A DNA stretch of 64,000 nt from an uncultured Chloroflexia bacterium (GCA_963724295.1 CAVRUC010000001.1:32001-96000), one strand, 5' to 3'; shown: positions 1 through 11,431, numbered from the stretch's first letter. Made by a program: numbers and translations. Notes: a model not told the origin generated them from the letters alone.

Positions 1-624
1 CCGCTCCCGCTCACCGCGTACAAGGTATTCGCCAACATTCCGTTCAACATCACCGCCGCTATCGTCGGCAAGCTAACCAGCGGTACCTCACCACCAATCG
101 ACGCCTACCTGACCGCGCAGCGAGAGGCGGCCGACCGCTTCCTTGGCATCCCGCGCCAGACGCTCGTCGCCGTCCTTCTGCGGCCCTGGTTTGAACCGGC
201 CGTGGTGCACCACTTCCGGCCGACCGATTTCGCTCCGAGACCCGGGGTCGAAGTGGTGCTTCTGCGACTGCAGCGGCGGTCAGTGCCGCTTGTCGCCTCA
301 TGTGACGCCGCGCTTTTCAAGGATTTCACCGCGTACGTCTTCAGCGCATGGCAGCCGACAGTCCGTGATGCGCTGACGCTCCTGCTCCCGAAAAGAGCCG
401 TGGCCGACATCGAGCGGATCACAGGCATATCGCTTGATCAGCCGCCCAGCGCCGTTCCCTTCGCTTCGTGGCCGCGACTTGTTGTCGCGTTCCGCGCGAG
501 TGCCGGGCCGCGGATCGTGGCCGTGCAGGGGGCGCATCATCGGTTGCAACACCAGCAAGCCGGACTGCGGAAAGTGCACCGCACGCGGGGATCGTCCTCA
601 CCGAGCGGGACCGGCGCGCCATGA
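1..624 (+). CDS. Erm/KsgA-family rRNA adenine N6-methyltransferase, 5'-truncated by the window edge
   Basis: Frame 1 from base 1 reads PLPLTAYKVFANIPFNITAAIVGKL...QREAADRF...HHFRPTDFAPRPGVEVVLL. NIPFNIT matches Erm motif IV (NIPY/FNIT) and FAPRPGVE matches the F-x-P-x-P-x-V-D/E motif. Confidence 0.8.
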   Translation, partial: PLPLTAYKVFANIPFNITAAIVGKLTSGTSPPIDAYLTAQREAADRFLGIPRQTLVAVLLRPWFEPAVVHHFRPTDFAPRPGVEVVLLRLQRRSVPLVASCDAALFKDFTAYVFSAWQPTVRDALTLLLPKRAVADIERITGISLDQPPSAVPFASWPRLVVAFRASAGPRIVAVQGAHHRLQHQQAGLRKVHRTRGSSSPSGTGAP

Positions 625-904
625 ACGGTCGTCGGTACAGAACTGGGTCCGAAAACCGCCCGCCACGACCCTTTGTGGCGATCAATCAGCGCTGCCAGTG
701 AGCAGTCGTCGCGCTCTCCGGGTACCGGCTGGCCGGTCATGAACGCAGTCTAGAAGGTGACGTATTGACCAGGGATTTACAGCCCCTGTTCCCGACTTGA
801 CAGCATTGCCGTTCCCGGCATGACAGCCGCCGCCCCTGGATACCCCTACGGTAGAACCAGTCCCGGGGGCTCCGGGCCGAGCACACAAGCTGGAGGAGGA
901 ACAG

Positions 905-1198
905 ATGGACATCACGAGCATCGAGGCTGCTGTGGACACGCACGCTGCCGAGTTCGATACCCTGACCCGGTCGCTGCACGGGAAGGTGTCGCGGCGACGG
1001 ACATTCGGCCTGCTGGTGGCTCTCGCCACGGGTGTGTTCGGGGCCATCAGCCGCGGCGACGCCGAAGTTGCGGCAGCGACGTCAATCCCGCCGAACTGCA
1101 TCTACGTCTGTTGCGACGGGACGTGCGACTCGTGGAAGATGTGCATGAAGTGCGTCACCTGGCCCAAGCCGACCACGAACACGATCGCCAGCCGGTGA
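905..1198 (+). CDS. Small putative secreted Cys-rich protein with a twin-arginine-like signal
   Basis: Strong SD (GGAGGAGG) upstream; FDTLTRSL...SRRRTFGLL followed by a hydrophobic stretch; mature part CIYVCCDGTCDSWKMCMKC. Confidence 0.6.
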   Translation: MDITSIEAAVDTHAAEFDTLTRSLHGKVSRRRTFGLLVALATGVFGAISRGDAEVAAATSIPPNCIYVCCDGTCDSWKMCMKCVTWPKPTTNTIASR

Positions 1199-1385
1199 AC
1201 CGCGAGTCTATCAAGATCGCTGCTGAACACGGATCGGGTGCGTCGTGTCGTGGAGCGCCGACGACGCCTGACTGGAGCTGAAAAGCCGGCGCAAGGTCGG
1301 TCAACGGGGTGGTTGCGTGCAGGATGGCCCAGACGACGGCAGCTGACATGGACGACTGACGACGAGTCTATCTGACTTCGAGAGC

Positions 1386-2750
1386 TCAGCTCGCCGCCTC
1401 GGCATCGACCTCGTAGCCGAATTCACGGAGCAAGTCGCCAAACTGGGTCTCCACGGCTGCGCGCAGCTCCGGTGACAGATCGTTTCGCCAACGCCCGATC
1501 GAGGCCTCTGGCGAGCCGGACGTCCCATGGCCGCGCAGCTCCGGAGCGTCCGCCGCGCCGACGAGGCGAGAGACGGTCTCCGGCGTTGCATCCAACCCGA
1601 GGAAGGTCAGGAGCCGTGGTAGTGTCGAGGCCGGGTCGCGCACGAGATCTTCGTAGCGGACGAGACTCCCTGGCTCACCACGGTCGCGCCAGGCGGCACG
1701 CAGGACGAGAAAGTTCTGAAGCAGGTAAGCCAGCCAGGCCTCGTCGCTCCCGGCTTTGTCTCGCCCGAAGTCACCGGCCCCCGTGCGGGCGTTGTAGGCC
1801 TGCATGGAGGCCACCATGTCGCGGAAATCACGCACCAGGAACAGCTCTCGCGCGTCGGGATAGAGGTCGCGCATGAGCCGCGGGTAGGCGTCGGGAAAAT
1901 GCTTCTCCGCGAAGTAGACGAGCGGCTCGATCGCCTGACCCTGCGCCGCCGCGGTTGCCAAGTACCAGCCGTCGATACTGCGCTGGCAGAAGGCAGCCAG
2001 ATCTTCGACATACGCTGCCCCGGACCAGGCCTCGACCTCGGGCCAGGCCGCGAACGCGGCGGAGTAGAAGGGGTTGCCGCCCGCGGCCAGCGGCTCGAGG
2101 TGGAACTCCATCGGCGCCCCGACCCGCTTGCTGGCATCGGTCGGCGCGGCCAGGGTCTTCAGCACGTGCGTCCAGTACTTGCCGCCGCGCGCCTCGTACG
2201 GCGGACGGGCGTAGGCGACCACCCCGGGATGCGCGGCGAGCATCCGCATCAGCAAGGTCGTTCCCGTCCGACCAAACGAGTTCACGAGCAGCGGCTGTAA
2301 CCGCGGTGCGTATCCCGTCTCCAGCGGACGGCGCTGCCCGCTGATGAGGGCCACATTCGCGCGCGAGCCATCGGCGAGCGTCGCGCGCAGGTGAAACTCG
2401 AAGTTCCGTCGCAGGATGAGGGTATTGACCAGCAGCGTGAACCCGCACTCCGCCGCCCAGGGTACATCGGGATGACGGGCGGCCACCTCCGGACTGGGGA
2501 GCACTGGCCGGCCCGACGCCACCACCAGTCCCGGCACGACCGCTTCGACCTCCTGGACCGGCCCGTCGGCGGCGAGCACGTGCCCGCGCACGCGCACCGC
2601 CCAGGCGTCGCTCGTGCCGCCCTCGACCGGGGTGTCGATCGACGCTTCCAGCAACCCCTCTTGCCGCACGTCACGGATCGGGTCCACGGAGAGGTTTGTG
2701 ACCGGAGGCGCTGGGGTCACGAGCGAGGGCCTTTCACCAGGGCGGGACAC
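1386..2750 (-). CDS. PAPS-dependent sulfotransferase with an extra N-terminal domain
   Basis: 5'-PSB-like SFGRTGTTLL, 3'-PB-like LVRDFRDMVAS, VRYEDLVRDP, SIGRWR. Confidence 0.85.
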   Translation of the reverse strand: MSRPGERPSLVTPAPPVTNLSVDPIRDVRQEGLLEASIDTPVEGGTSDAWAVRVRGHVLAADGPVQEVEAVVPGLVVASGRPVLPSPEVAARHPDVPWAAECGFTLLVNTLILRRNFEFHLRATLADGSRANVALISGQRRPLETGYAPRLQPLLVNSFGRTGTTLLMRMLAAHPGVVAYARPPYEARGGKYWTHVLKTLAAPTDASKRVGAPMEFHLEPLAAGGNPFYSAAFAAWPEVEAWSGAAYVEDLAAFCQRSIDGWYLATAAAQGQAIEPLVYFAEKHFPDAYPRLMRDLYPDARELFLVRDFRDMVASMQAYNARTGAGDFGRDKAGSDEAWLAYLLQNFLVLRAAWRDRGEPGSLVRYEDLVRDPASTLPRLLTFLGLDATPETVSRLVGAADAPELRGHGTSGSPEASIGRWRNDLSPELRAAVETQFGDLLREFGYEVDAEAAS

Positions 2751-2966
2751 ACACCCGCCCCGGGCAGCGCCGGGGCGGACGGGCGGATGATAGGCGTTCC
2801 GGGTGGAGACTGGTCAAGCAGTTCCAGTGTGACTCGCGATTCGGCGAGAATAAGTCGACGTTGGTTAGCTTCCGCCGCCGTCGGCTCGTGCACTGGATCG
2901 ACGGCGCGGTCCGCACCGAGAGCCGCACGCTTCTGCGCGACGCCCCGTTGAACCGCGACGGCCGGC

Positions 2967-3662
2967 TTATGAAGCCGCGCTCGCCTCCTGGGGAATCAGG
3001 CCCGAGCCCCAGGCAGGGCAGCCAACTCCCGTCGCGTGAACGGGACAGTAGCCATTCGGCACCTTGTGCAGGTATTGCTGGTGATAGTCCTCGGCGAGGT
3101 AGACCGGGCCGGCGGGGGCGATCTCGGTGGTGATCGCGCCGAAACCTGCCTCCTTCAACGCGGTCTCGTAGGTGTCACGGCTCATCTCGGCGGCGGCTTG
3201 CTGCTCCGGGGTGGTGGTGTAGATCGCGGAGCGATACTGGGTGCCCATGTCGTTGCCCTGGCGCATGCCCTGGGTGGGGTCGTGTGACTCCCAGAAGACC
3301 CGCAGCAGATCGTCGTAGCTGATTTTCGCGGGGTCGTAGACCACCTGCACGACCTCGGCGTGGCCGGTCTTGCCGGAGCAGACCTCCTCGTAGGTCGGGT
3401 TCGGTGTGTAGCCTCCGGCGTATGCCGCGGCCGTGCTGTAGACGCCGGGCAAATTCCAGAAGATCTGCTCGGCGCCCCAGAAGCAGCCCAGACCGAAGAT
3501 CGCCGTCTCCAATCCCGGTGAGAACGGTCCCTGCAACGGCGTGCCGAGCACTTCGTGTCGATCGGGGATCGAGAACGGTGGCGCCGGGCGGCCGGGAAGG
3601 GCGCCATCTGGTTCGACCATGGTCATCTTCTTGCGTCCAAAGAGCAGGGCGTCGAGCATCAT
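2967..3662 (-). CDS. msrA: Peptide-methionine (S)-S-oxide reductase MsrA
   Basis: [55 protein letters not shown]. Confidence 0.97.
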   Translation of the reverse strand: MMLDALLFGRKKMTMVEPDGALPGRPAPPFSIPDRHEVLGTPLQGPFSPGLETAIFGLGCFWGAEQIFWNLPGVYSTAAAYAGGYTPNPTYEEVCSGKTGHAEVVQVVYDPAKISYDDLLRVFWESHDPTQGMRQGNDMGTQYRSAIYTTTPEQQAAAEMSRDTYETALKEAGFGAITTEIAPAGPVYLAEDYHQQYLHKVPNGYCPVHATGVGCPAWGSGLIPQEASAAS

Positions 3663-3961
3663 CACTTCTCCGTTCCGCCGCACGCGTGCCGCGCGGCCAT
3701 GTTTGCCCACAGCATAGTCGAGTCAGTACAAGCTCGGGTTGCCGATATAACGCGGGCAACCTGATCCGAGTTCCATGTGAATCTGTGGCATTCGAGCGCA
3801 CGCGCATCGCTCCCCCTCTCCCGGCTCCGACGGGCCGGGTACCCACGACGGGGTGGCCTCTGGGCCGGGCGGGTAGGGGGTGAGGGCCTATTTGCTAGAC
3901 TCGGTCCCACATCCATCGCCCGAGCCGTCGTGATCCCGCCGTCGCGCCCGGAGAAACTGCC

Positions 3962-4624
3962 GTGCACCTCCCCGACACGACACCTCGCGAGTCAGACCCA
4001 GACCGGGAGACCCTCGCCCAGCAGGTCCGTGCCTTGCAGGAGCGTCTGGCCTTTTACGAGGGATTTGACCGGCTCATCCAGGACAACGTCGCCCACGCTC
4101 GCGAGCTATTCCGGCTGGCGGCCCAGGAGCGCGAGGCGGCGACGACCGCGATCGATCAGGCTCGACAGGAGGCCGGTCGGCGGGAGGCGCATCTCCGCCA
4201 GGAGCTCGAGCAGATCGCCGCCGGTTTGAGGCAGCTCTCACAGATCGCCGAGGCCCTGTCCGGTCGCGTGGGGCGGGCATTGGGTGAGCCGGCGATCCAG
4301 AACGGCTGGACAGGATCCACGCGGACAGCCGACCCGGGCACGGAGCACTCGGTAGCCGTCGTCGTGCACGGGGTGCCATCGGCGCGGACCGCGCTTTCGC
4401 TCCAGCGCTTCGTCGCCTCCCTGCCTCAAGTCGCCGATGTCTCGGCGCGGGAGTTTATCGGCGGAGTGCTCCGGCTCGATGCCCGGGTGCGGGACCGGCT
4501 CGAGGCTGCCCAGTTCTTGACGTGGGGTGATGCCCACTCGATCGAGATGCTCACGGAGCGGCCGGACGTGCTCGAGCTGGTGCTTCGGGAACCGGCAACG
4601 AGGGTAATGGGTGATGGGTCATAG
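3962..4624 (+). CDS. Hypothetical protein with an N-terminal coiled coil and a small C-terminal domain
   Basis: 220-aa ORF with coding-like codon usage and a heptad E/Q/R/A-rich N-terminal half. Confidence 0.6.
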   Translation: MHLPDTTPRESDPDRETLAQQVRALQERLAFYEGFDRLIQDNVAHARELFRLAAQEREAATTAIDQARQEAGRREAHLRQELEQIAAGLRQLSQIAEALSGRVGRALGEPAIQNGWTGSTRTADPGTEHSVAVVVHGVPSARTALSLQRFVASLPQVADVSAREFIGGVLRLDARVRDRLEAAQFLTWGDAHSIEMLTERPDVLELVLREPATRVMGDGS

Positions 4625-4729
4625 GTGATGGGGTTCAGGGGCAGGGTGTCAGGGTGGCGGGGTAAGGGTTCTCCCTGCCACCCTGCCACCACGAGCGCAG
4701 CGAGTAATCACCCTATTACCCATCACCCC
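4602..4729. repeat. GGGTGAT(A)-family intergenic repeat, copy A
   Basis: Tandem GGGTRAT/GGGTG units, mirrored ACCC units, core CACCACGAGCGCAGCGAGTAATCACCC at 4687-4713. Confidence 0.85.
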
Positions 4730-5031
4730 GGCTTGACCTCGATCTCGACGAAGACGAATTCATGTGGGGTGTCGTTGATCACGTCGTGCTCCACCCCGGC
4801 CTGACGCGCATAGGCTTGGCCGGCGATGAGCTCAGCCGTTGCCGGTCCGCTCGCGGTCTCGAGCGTGAGCCGTCCGGTCGTCATCGGCACCACGACGTAG
4901 TCGAAGGCGTGCCGGTGCCACCCGATGTGGGCGCCGGGCGCAAATCGCCACTCAGTGACGATGAAGCGGTCGTTCTCGACCTGCGTCGTCGGCACGGCGA
5001 GCGGCCTGGGATCAGGCGCTGGTTCGGACAC
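4723..5031 (-). CDS. Cupin-domain protein
   Basis: WRFAPGAHIGWHRHAFDYVVVP...GVEHDVIN...FVEIE cupin motifs. Confidence 0.85.
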   Translation of the reverse strand: MSEPAPDPRPLAVPTTQVENDRFIVTEWRFAPGAHIGWHRHAFDYVVVPMTTGRLTLETASGPATAELIAGQAYARQAGVEHDVINDTPHEFVFVEIEVKPG

Positions 5032-5085
5032 GGCGGGGTTCCTTGGGGCAAGCGCACTGGATCGCGCCTCATCGGGGCACGAAGA

Positions 5086-5113
5086 AGCCCTGCGCCGCTA
5101 GCGGCGCAGGGCT
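5086..5113. terminator. Perfect GC-rich palindrome, probable terminator of the 5140-5460 gene
   Basis: AGCCCTGCGCCGCTAGCGGCGCAGGGCT, followed by TCTTC on the minus strand. Confidence 0.6.
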
Positions 5114-5139
5114 GATCGTCTCAGTGCACTAGCGAGAGA

Positions 5140-5460
5140 CTACTCCGACACCCGCTCGGCGACGACGTCCGCGATGGCACCAGGAGTGATGATCGCCGCG
5201 CCATCGATGCTCGGCAGGAACTCGACAACCACCGGCCACACGCTGCCCTCGACACCAACCGCCAGGACCGCTGTCGGCGCACCATCGGTGGTGACGATGT
5301 CATAGTTGTAGCCGAACACCGGGTTGAAGACGAATGCGTCGTCGTCGAAAATGGTGGCTCCCGGCGACTGAGCACTGGCTACCCCAGTGAGGCCCATCGA
5401 AAGAGTCGCGAAAGCCGCAACAGCGACTAGACCGCGGCGAACGAACTGCGTAGCACGCAT
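5140..5460 (-). CDS. Small secreted hypothetical protein
   Basis: SD AAAGGAG; signal peptide MRATQFVRRGLVAVAAFATLSMGLTGVASA|Q. Confidence 0.7.
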   Translation of the reverse strand: MRATQFVRRGLVAVAAFATLSMGLTGVASAQSPGATIFDDDAFVFNPVFGYNYDIVTTDGAPTAVLAVGVEGSVWPVVVEFLPSIDGAAIITPGAIADVVAERVSE

Positions 5461-5905
5461 GGAATCCGGCTCCTTTCGTACATCCCGCGCCCCATCCCGT
5501 CTCGGAGCGCCTCCCCAATCCCGCACCCGAGCACTGGCGTCGCAGAACGCGACCAGTGCTCCCCCCACGTGATCCTCAGCATGATACACCATTCTGGGCA
5601 TCTGCCAAGTCTCCACATGAGGTTTTTTGTCCCGAAAATGCAATCACCTCCTCGTTCCCACGCGTCGTGCGCCGAGTATGCCGGGGACCACCATCCCCTC
5701 TTCGCAGGCGATGCCGCCGTAATCGGGATCGAGCGCCGCAACGACGGCCCGGTCTGCCGTCGTCATGCCCGCGGTTTCGTCGGCCACCTGGACGTCGTAG
5801 CAGCTGACGCAACGGTCGCGACCCGCGATGTGCGGGCTTCCTGTTCGTCTTGAACGCGGTGGCCGTGGAGGCGGTTTCGTTGCGGCCCAATCGTTGCGGC
5901 TGTTT

Positions 5906-6184
5906 CTACTGCACTGTGGTGTCCGCGGTTACGGCCAGCCGAGCCGGGTCGACTCCACGCAGATCGAGGAGATTTTCACCGTTTGCCAGTGCCGGTGAAA
6001 TGAGGCTGACGAGGGCTCTTGCCTGATCGCCGTCGGCGCATTCCGCCAGCGTGAACTCCTGCTCCCAGGCCGAGGCCACGATCCGGGTGCGGGGATCGAA
6101 CTTCGCGACCTGTTGATAACCGACATGCGCGGTGCGCGCCAGATTGACGAGTACCGGCCAGTCGCTCCTGGTCATCACCCACAT
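5906..6184 (-). CDS. Hypothetical protein (92 aa)
   Basis: ATG with GAGG upstream; directly downstream of the glycosyltransferase-like gene on the same strand. Confidence 0.55.
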   Translation of the reverse strand: MWVMTRSDWPVLVNLARTAHVGYQQVAKFDPRTRIVASAWEQEFTLAECADGDQARALVSLISPALANGENLLDLRGVDPARLAVTADTTVQ

Positions 6185-6218
6185 GCTCGTCGATCCTCGT
6201 TGTTGCCGCCTCGTTCCT

Positions 6219-7704
6219 TCAACGCGGTCCTTGCCCGAGCGTGGTCGCCAGCCAGCCCTTCGTGGCCAGGAGCGACGTTGCGCTTCGGGCTAACCATTCC
6301 AGGGCGACGGCCGCGGCGACCGCGCCGAGCACGGCCATCGGCACATGGTAGCGGTCGAATTCGGAACGCATGCCGAGGATCGTAACCAGGACCTGACCGC
6401 CGAGGACGGCGACTACCAGCGCACGCGGCGAGTAGGGTCCGTCCCGGATCGCCAGACCGGCCATCAGGACGATGCCGAGGACGGGGATCAGGAACTCCAG
6501 CTGCCGTACCGGAGGAGCCGCCGCCGGTCCTCCTAACAGGGAAACCACCGACGCCGAGAGGTTGTACCGCTCGGTGAAATTGAGGTTGACCCGGCGCAGC
6601 GCCTCGGCGCGGCTCGGGACGGCCATGACGGGCCAGTCGGACGACTGGGCGGCCATCTCTTCGACGCGGAACGTAAAGAGATGGCGCGTGTGGGCGATCG
6701 GATTCGGCCAGAGATAAGGGTATGAGGCGACGAAAACCAGCAGCGCCGCGACGCCGATCACGACTCCCCGGGCCGCGTAGCTGAATTCCTGAGAGGCGAC
6801 GCGGCGACGACGAATCGACGTGACGGCGAAGATCACCATGCCGCCCGCGCTGAGGCCAGCGGCAACGGCCAGCGGCGAGAGCTTGGTCGCTCCACCCAGG
6901 CCCAACAGCACGCCGAGGAGCGTTGCCCGCCTCCAGCTGGGCCTTTGCGCGAACCACGCCGCCGCCCAGGCGGCGAGCGCGATCAGCAAACCAAAGAGGG
7001 CATCGGACATGGCGATCGAACCGATGTACACCGTGAATGGGTGGATGCGCGAAGAGTGCTCCCGCGGCAATCGCCCACGGCAGGGTGAGATAGGTTCGCG
7101 CCACCCCAATCAGCGCGATGGCGGTGAGGGCGACCAACGCGGCGCTCGTCCGGCGGCCGGCGGCTAGATCCTCCGGGACCGGTTTGTGGCCTAGAGCGAT
7201 ATTCTGCTCCCAGGGCAAGGAAAAGTCCCACGGCGCGTTTGTCTCCAGATCGCGACCGTGCGCCAGGAGCCCGATTCCCATGGCGTACGACCCCAGCGGT
7301 GGCTGCCCGCGGGTCATGTACTGATCGGCCCAGGTCCGACCGAAGGGATCGGCCAGCGCGGCGACATAATGCGCCCGTGACAACCAGCGGCTCTCGTCCG
7401 GATTGAAGTTTGGCCACCTGCCGGCGGCATCTGCCAGCGCAAACGCGAGCACCGCGACGGACAGCACGGCGAACAGCGCCGGACATGACCCACGATGCGA
7501 ATTGCCTGCTGACTGCGGCCGTTCCCGGCCACGTGGACAGTCAGGCGAATTGAGCGCGCCGTCGCGTCCTACGCTCGTAGGGGCGACGCCTGCGTCGCCC
7601 GCGTCGCTCCCAAGCGCAGCGTCCGCTCCGTCTCGCCGCGATGCGACGGGTCTCCAAAACCAGATGATCATCCACCCAGGACGATAACGACGAACGGCCC
7701 TCAT
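6219..7704 (-). pseudogene. GT-C (ArnT/PMT-like) membrane glycosyltransferase with a frameshift near 7047; probably an intact gene with a sequencing error; start uncertain
   Basis: N-part NPDESRW...GQPPLG...AAGALFA continues in another frame as IHPFTVYIGSIAMSDALF...GLGGATKLS...FDRYHVP. Removing one C (GCG-C-ATC) joins them. Confidence 0.7.
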
Positions 7705-7795
7705 CACGCACGAATGATGCTTGCCGCGCCTCGTGAACAGCCACGTCGCGGTAGAGTAGGCCGACAACGCGATGTCGTGTCATTGCAAGGAAAGC

Positions 7796-7893
7796 GGGTG
7801 ATGGGGTGAAAGGGTCATAGGGTGATAGGGAGGACGATTCCCCCGCTACCCTGACACCACGAGCGCAGTGAGTATTCACCCAATTACCCATCA
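7796..7893. repeat. GGGTGAT(A)-family intergenic repeat, copy B
   Basis: GGGTGATGGGGTGAAAGGGTCATAGGGTGATAGGG ... core CACCACGAGCGCAGTGAGTATTCACCC at 7855-7881. Confidence 0.85.
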
Positions 7894-7896
7894 GCC

Positions 7897-10358
7897 ATGA
7901 CCCAGGGGGCCCCCATGGAGACCCGAGCGTCCGTTGTTATCATCGGCGCGGGAATCGTCGGCTCGGCGGCCGCGCACTTTCTATCCAATCTCGGCTGGCG
8001 CGACGTCGTGGTCGTCGATCAGGGACCACTTTTTGCGACCGGCGGGTCGACGTCACACGCGCCCGGTCTCGTGTTTCAGACCAACGGCTCGAAGACGATG
8101 ACCCAGTTTGCCCGCGAGACGGTCGAGCTTTTCGCCTCGCTGGAGAACGACGGTCAGCCGTGCTGGTATGGCGTCGGCAGTCTCGAGGTGGCTACGACTC
8201 CCGCCCGCTGGGCCGACCTCCATCGCAAGCTGGGCTGGGCAAGAAGCTGGGGGCTCGACGCCACGTTGCTGACGCCGGCGGAAACCAGAGCCAAACTCGA
8301 TCTGATCGACGACTCGGTGATCCTGGGCGCTTATTACGTGCCGACCGACGGAGTCGCCAAACCGGTCTGGGCCGCCGAGGAGCTGGCACGATCGACGCGC
8401 GGCGTGGCGTTCTACCCGAGAACGGCTGTCCTCGGCGTCGAAACGGATCGCGGGCGGGTGCGAGCCGTGGTCACCACCAACGGCCGCATCGAAACCGAAC
8501 AGGTCCTGGTCTGTTGCGGCATCTGGGGACCACGCATCGGCCGTATGGTCGGCGTACCGATCCCTCTGGCGCCGGTCGAGCATCAGCTCGCGTGGACGAC
8601 GCCGCTGCCCGAGCTTGCCGGTGAAACTGGTGAGATCCGGCAACCGATCCTGCGCCACCAGGACCAGGATCTCTACTTCCGGCAGCGGCGGGATCACTAC
8701 GCCGTCGGTGGCTACGGTCACGAGCCGGTGGTGGTCGATCCACGCGATATCCGACCGCACGGCGCGCCGGACGATATGCCGGCTTCCAACCCATTCGATG
8801 CCGAGGCGTTCATCCCGGCCTGGGAGGCTGCCGTCGAGCTGGTCCCGGCGCTGCGGCAGGTCGAGATCGCCAGCGCGATCAACGGGATGTTCTCGTTCAC
8901 CCCGGATGGGTTCCCGTTGCTCGGGGAGTCGGACCGGTTGCGCGGGTTCTGGCTGGCCGAAGCGATCTGGATCACCCACGCCGCCGGCGCGGCCAAAGCG
9001 ATTGCGCAATTGATGACCAACGGCCGCACGGACCTCGATCTGCGGGAGAGCGACCCAATCGCTTCGATGCCTACGCCACCACCGATGCCTACGTCCGCGA
9101 ACGGGGGGCGCAGCAGTACCGGGAGGTCTACGACGTCATCCACCCATTGCAGCCACTGGAGCAGCCGCGTCCGCTGCGCCGCTCCCCGTTCTACGCCTCG
9201 CAACGCGATCTGGGCGCGGTCTTCTTCGAGAGCCGCGGCTGGGAGGCGCCTCGCTGGTACGAGGCGAATGCGCGCCTGGTCGACCGCTACGAGATTCCGC
9301 CGCGGACGGGGTGGGCGGGGAAGTTCTGGTCGCCAATCGCCGGCGCGGAGCATCTGGCGACGCGCGAGCGCGCCGCGCTCTTCGACATGACGCCGTTGCC
9401 CAAGATCGAGGTCACGGGTCCCGCGGCAGGGGAGTGGCTGGAGGGACTGACCTCGAACAAGGTGGCGCGGAAACCGGGGAGTGTCACCTACGCGCTGCTG
9501 CTGGACGAGAGCGGCGGTATCCGCAGCGACATCACCGTGGCGCGTCTCGACGCGGAGACATTCCAGATCGGGGCCAACGGACTTGCCGACGTCGCGTGGT
9601 TGCGACGTTTCCTTCCCGAGGACGGAACGGTCCAGGTGCGTGACGTCACCGGGGCGCTCGCCTGCGTCGGACTCTGGGGACCTCGGGCCCGTGACATCGT
9701 CGAGCGCGTGAGCGGTGACGATTGGTCGAATACGGCGTTTCCCTATTACACGATGCGAGCCCTGGCAGTCGGTGAGATCCCCGTCCGTGCCCTCCGCGTC
9801 TCATACGTCGGCGAGTTGGGGTGGGAGCTCTACACGTCGCCGGAATACGGCGCGCGGCTGTGGGAGCTGCTCTGGCAGGCCGGTCAGTCAGACGGGTTGG
9901 TCGCGGCCGGCCGCGCGGCCTTCGACACGCTGCGGCTGGAGAAGGGCTACCGGCTGTGGGGTGCCGACATGCACACGGAGTACCGGCCGGACGAAGCGGG
10001 TGTTGGCTTCGCCGTCAAGCTGAGTAAAGGTCCATTCGTCGGACGCGAAGCGCTGCAAGTACCAGAGCAAGAGACCAGCGCCACCCCGCGCCGGCGACTC
10101 TGCTGCCTGCAATTTGTCGATCCCGCGGTCGTGGTCATGGGGAAGGAACCGGTGTTCCTTGGTGACGAAGTGCACGGATACGTCACCAGCGCCGGGTTCG
10201 GCTACTCGACCGGGGAGAGTCTCGCCTACGCCTACCTTCCCGCCGGCTGTGCCGCTGAAGGTACGATGGTCGAGGTGGAGTATTTCGGTGACCGATTCCC
10301 CGTGACTGTCGTCAGCGAGCCGCGCTGGGATCCCGCAGGCGCGCGTCTGCGGGTCTAA
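7897..10358 (+). pseudogene. Dimethylglycine/sarcosine dehydrogenase-type FAD oxidoreductase with a GcvT folate domain; frameshift near 9055, probably a sequencing error
   Basis: VVIIGAGIVG, GGSTSHAPG, FSFTPDGFP. After ...LRESD the frame shifts to NRFDAY...YREVYDVIHPLQP and continues to RVSYVGELGWELY, LRLEKGYRLWG. Confidence 0.85.
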
Positions 10359-10417
10359 TCCGTCGTCACGAGACCTACGCCTTCGTCGACTTCAAGACAG
10401 TCGGTGTCAGGTGGCGC

Positions 10418-11431
10418 TCAGGCCGGCTCACTGTCCAGGATTTCGAAGGAGACATTGATGACGGCGTGGACGGCGACCTCGGCCGGCAGGGACGGATCGA
10501 AAATAGGCAACGACAGGCCGAGCCCACCGTTGGCGGAATCGTAGAAGCTACTTTGCTGGCCGCTGCAGCCTTCTCCCTCTGACGCGGAAGCGAAAAAGGG
10601 GTTGCTGCTGGCGCCGACCACTCCCCCCAGCGTCACACCGAGCAGCGGCGCCAACTGATCCGCCTGATCCCGGGCATCCTCGATTGCGGCCATGGTCGCT
10701 TCTTCTTCGAGCACGGCGCAGTCGGTGGGACGATAGAGCACACCGACGACCTCGACGACCATACCATTGGCCGCGGCCGCGTCTGACGCCGCGATGATCG
10801 CGCTACCCAAGACTTCTGGTGTCGGCGCCGCCACGTCGAAGTCAAGGCGAGCGCTCTTTGGCCGCTCGCCAAAAGGCTCGGTCGCCAGCGGGCTGAACAT
10901 TATTTCCATAGTGTCCGGCGCGATGCCCGCGCTCTTGGCAATGGCGGCGGCGACGGGAGCGAGACGCTCGGCCGTGATCGGCTCCGGAGCGGAGCGTTGA
11001 TTACGGCCGCTTCGACTCTCGCGTGTTGAGACCGCACCTTCCGTACCGGCAGCACTCGTCTCAGGAGTCGCGGGAGGTACACGCTCCGCCTCGGGGGGGC
11101 CGTCTGTCGCCGAGATGGAGCCGGTCGACTCAAAGGCTTCTCCTCCCGAGGCACCCTGGGAAAAGCCGAACTGTCGTCCACTTGTACCGATGAGGATCTG
11201 AACCGTCGCCGTCTCGGCAGGCACGGTCGCCTCACCGGCGCCATAAACGGTCACGCTCGGTGTGGCCGTCGCCATGCCTTGGGCCCGAACCAGGGTCGCG
11301 GCCGAAAACCCAAGAGCGACTTCGAGAACGAAAGTGAGGATGAGCGCTCCAGTCACGATAGCGAGCCATCGCGGCACCCCGCGCCGGACGGTTCGTCGTG
11401 AGAAATCTCGCGAACGGTGTGCCCGTCTCAT
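10418..11431 (-). CDS. SIMPL (DUF541)-like exported protein
   Basis: N-terminal TM/signal; SVTVYGAGEATVPAETATV; AIEDARDQADQLAPLLGVTLG; C-terminal VAVHAVINVSFEI. Confidence 0.75.
   Translation of the reverse strand: MRRAHRSRDFSRRTVRRGVPRWLAIVTGALILTFVLEVALGFSAATLVRAQGMATATPSVTVYGAGEATVPAETATVQILIGTSGRQFGFSQGASGGEAFESTGSISATDGPPEAERVPPATPETSAAGTEGAVSTRESRSGRNQRSAPEPITAERLAPVAAAIAKSAGIAPDTMEIMFSPLATEPFGERPKSARLDFDVAAPTPEVLGSAIIAASDAAAANGMVVEVVGVLYRPTDCAVLEEEATMAAIEDARDQADQLAPLLGVTLGGVVGASSNPFFASASEGEGCSGQQSSFYDSANGGLGLSLPIFDPSLPAEVAVHAVINVSFEILDSEPA

Noticed and set aside
2967..3662. Selenocysteine-type MsrA
   Set aside because: The active site is an ordinary Cys codon (GCFWG).
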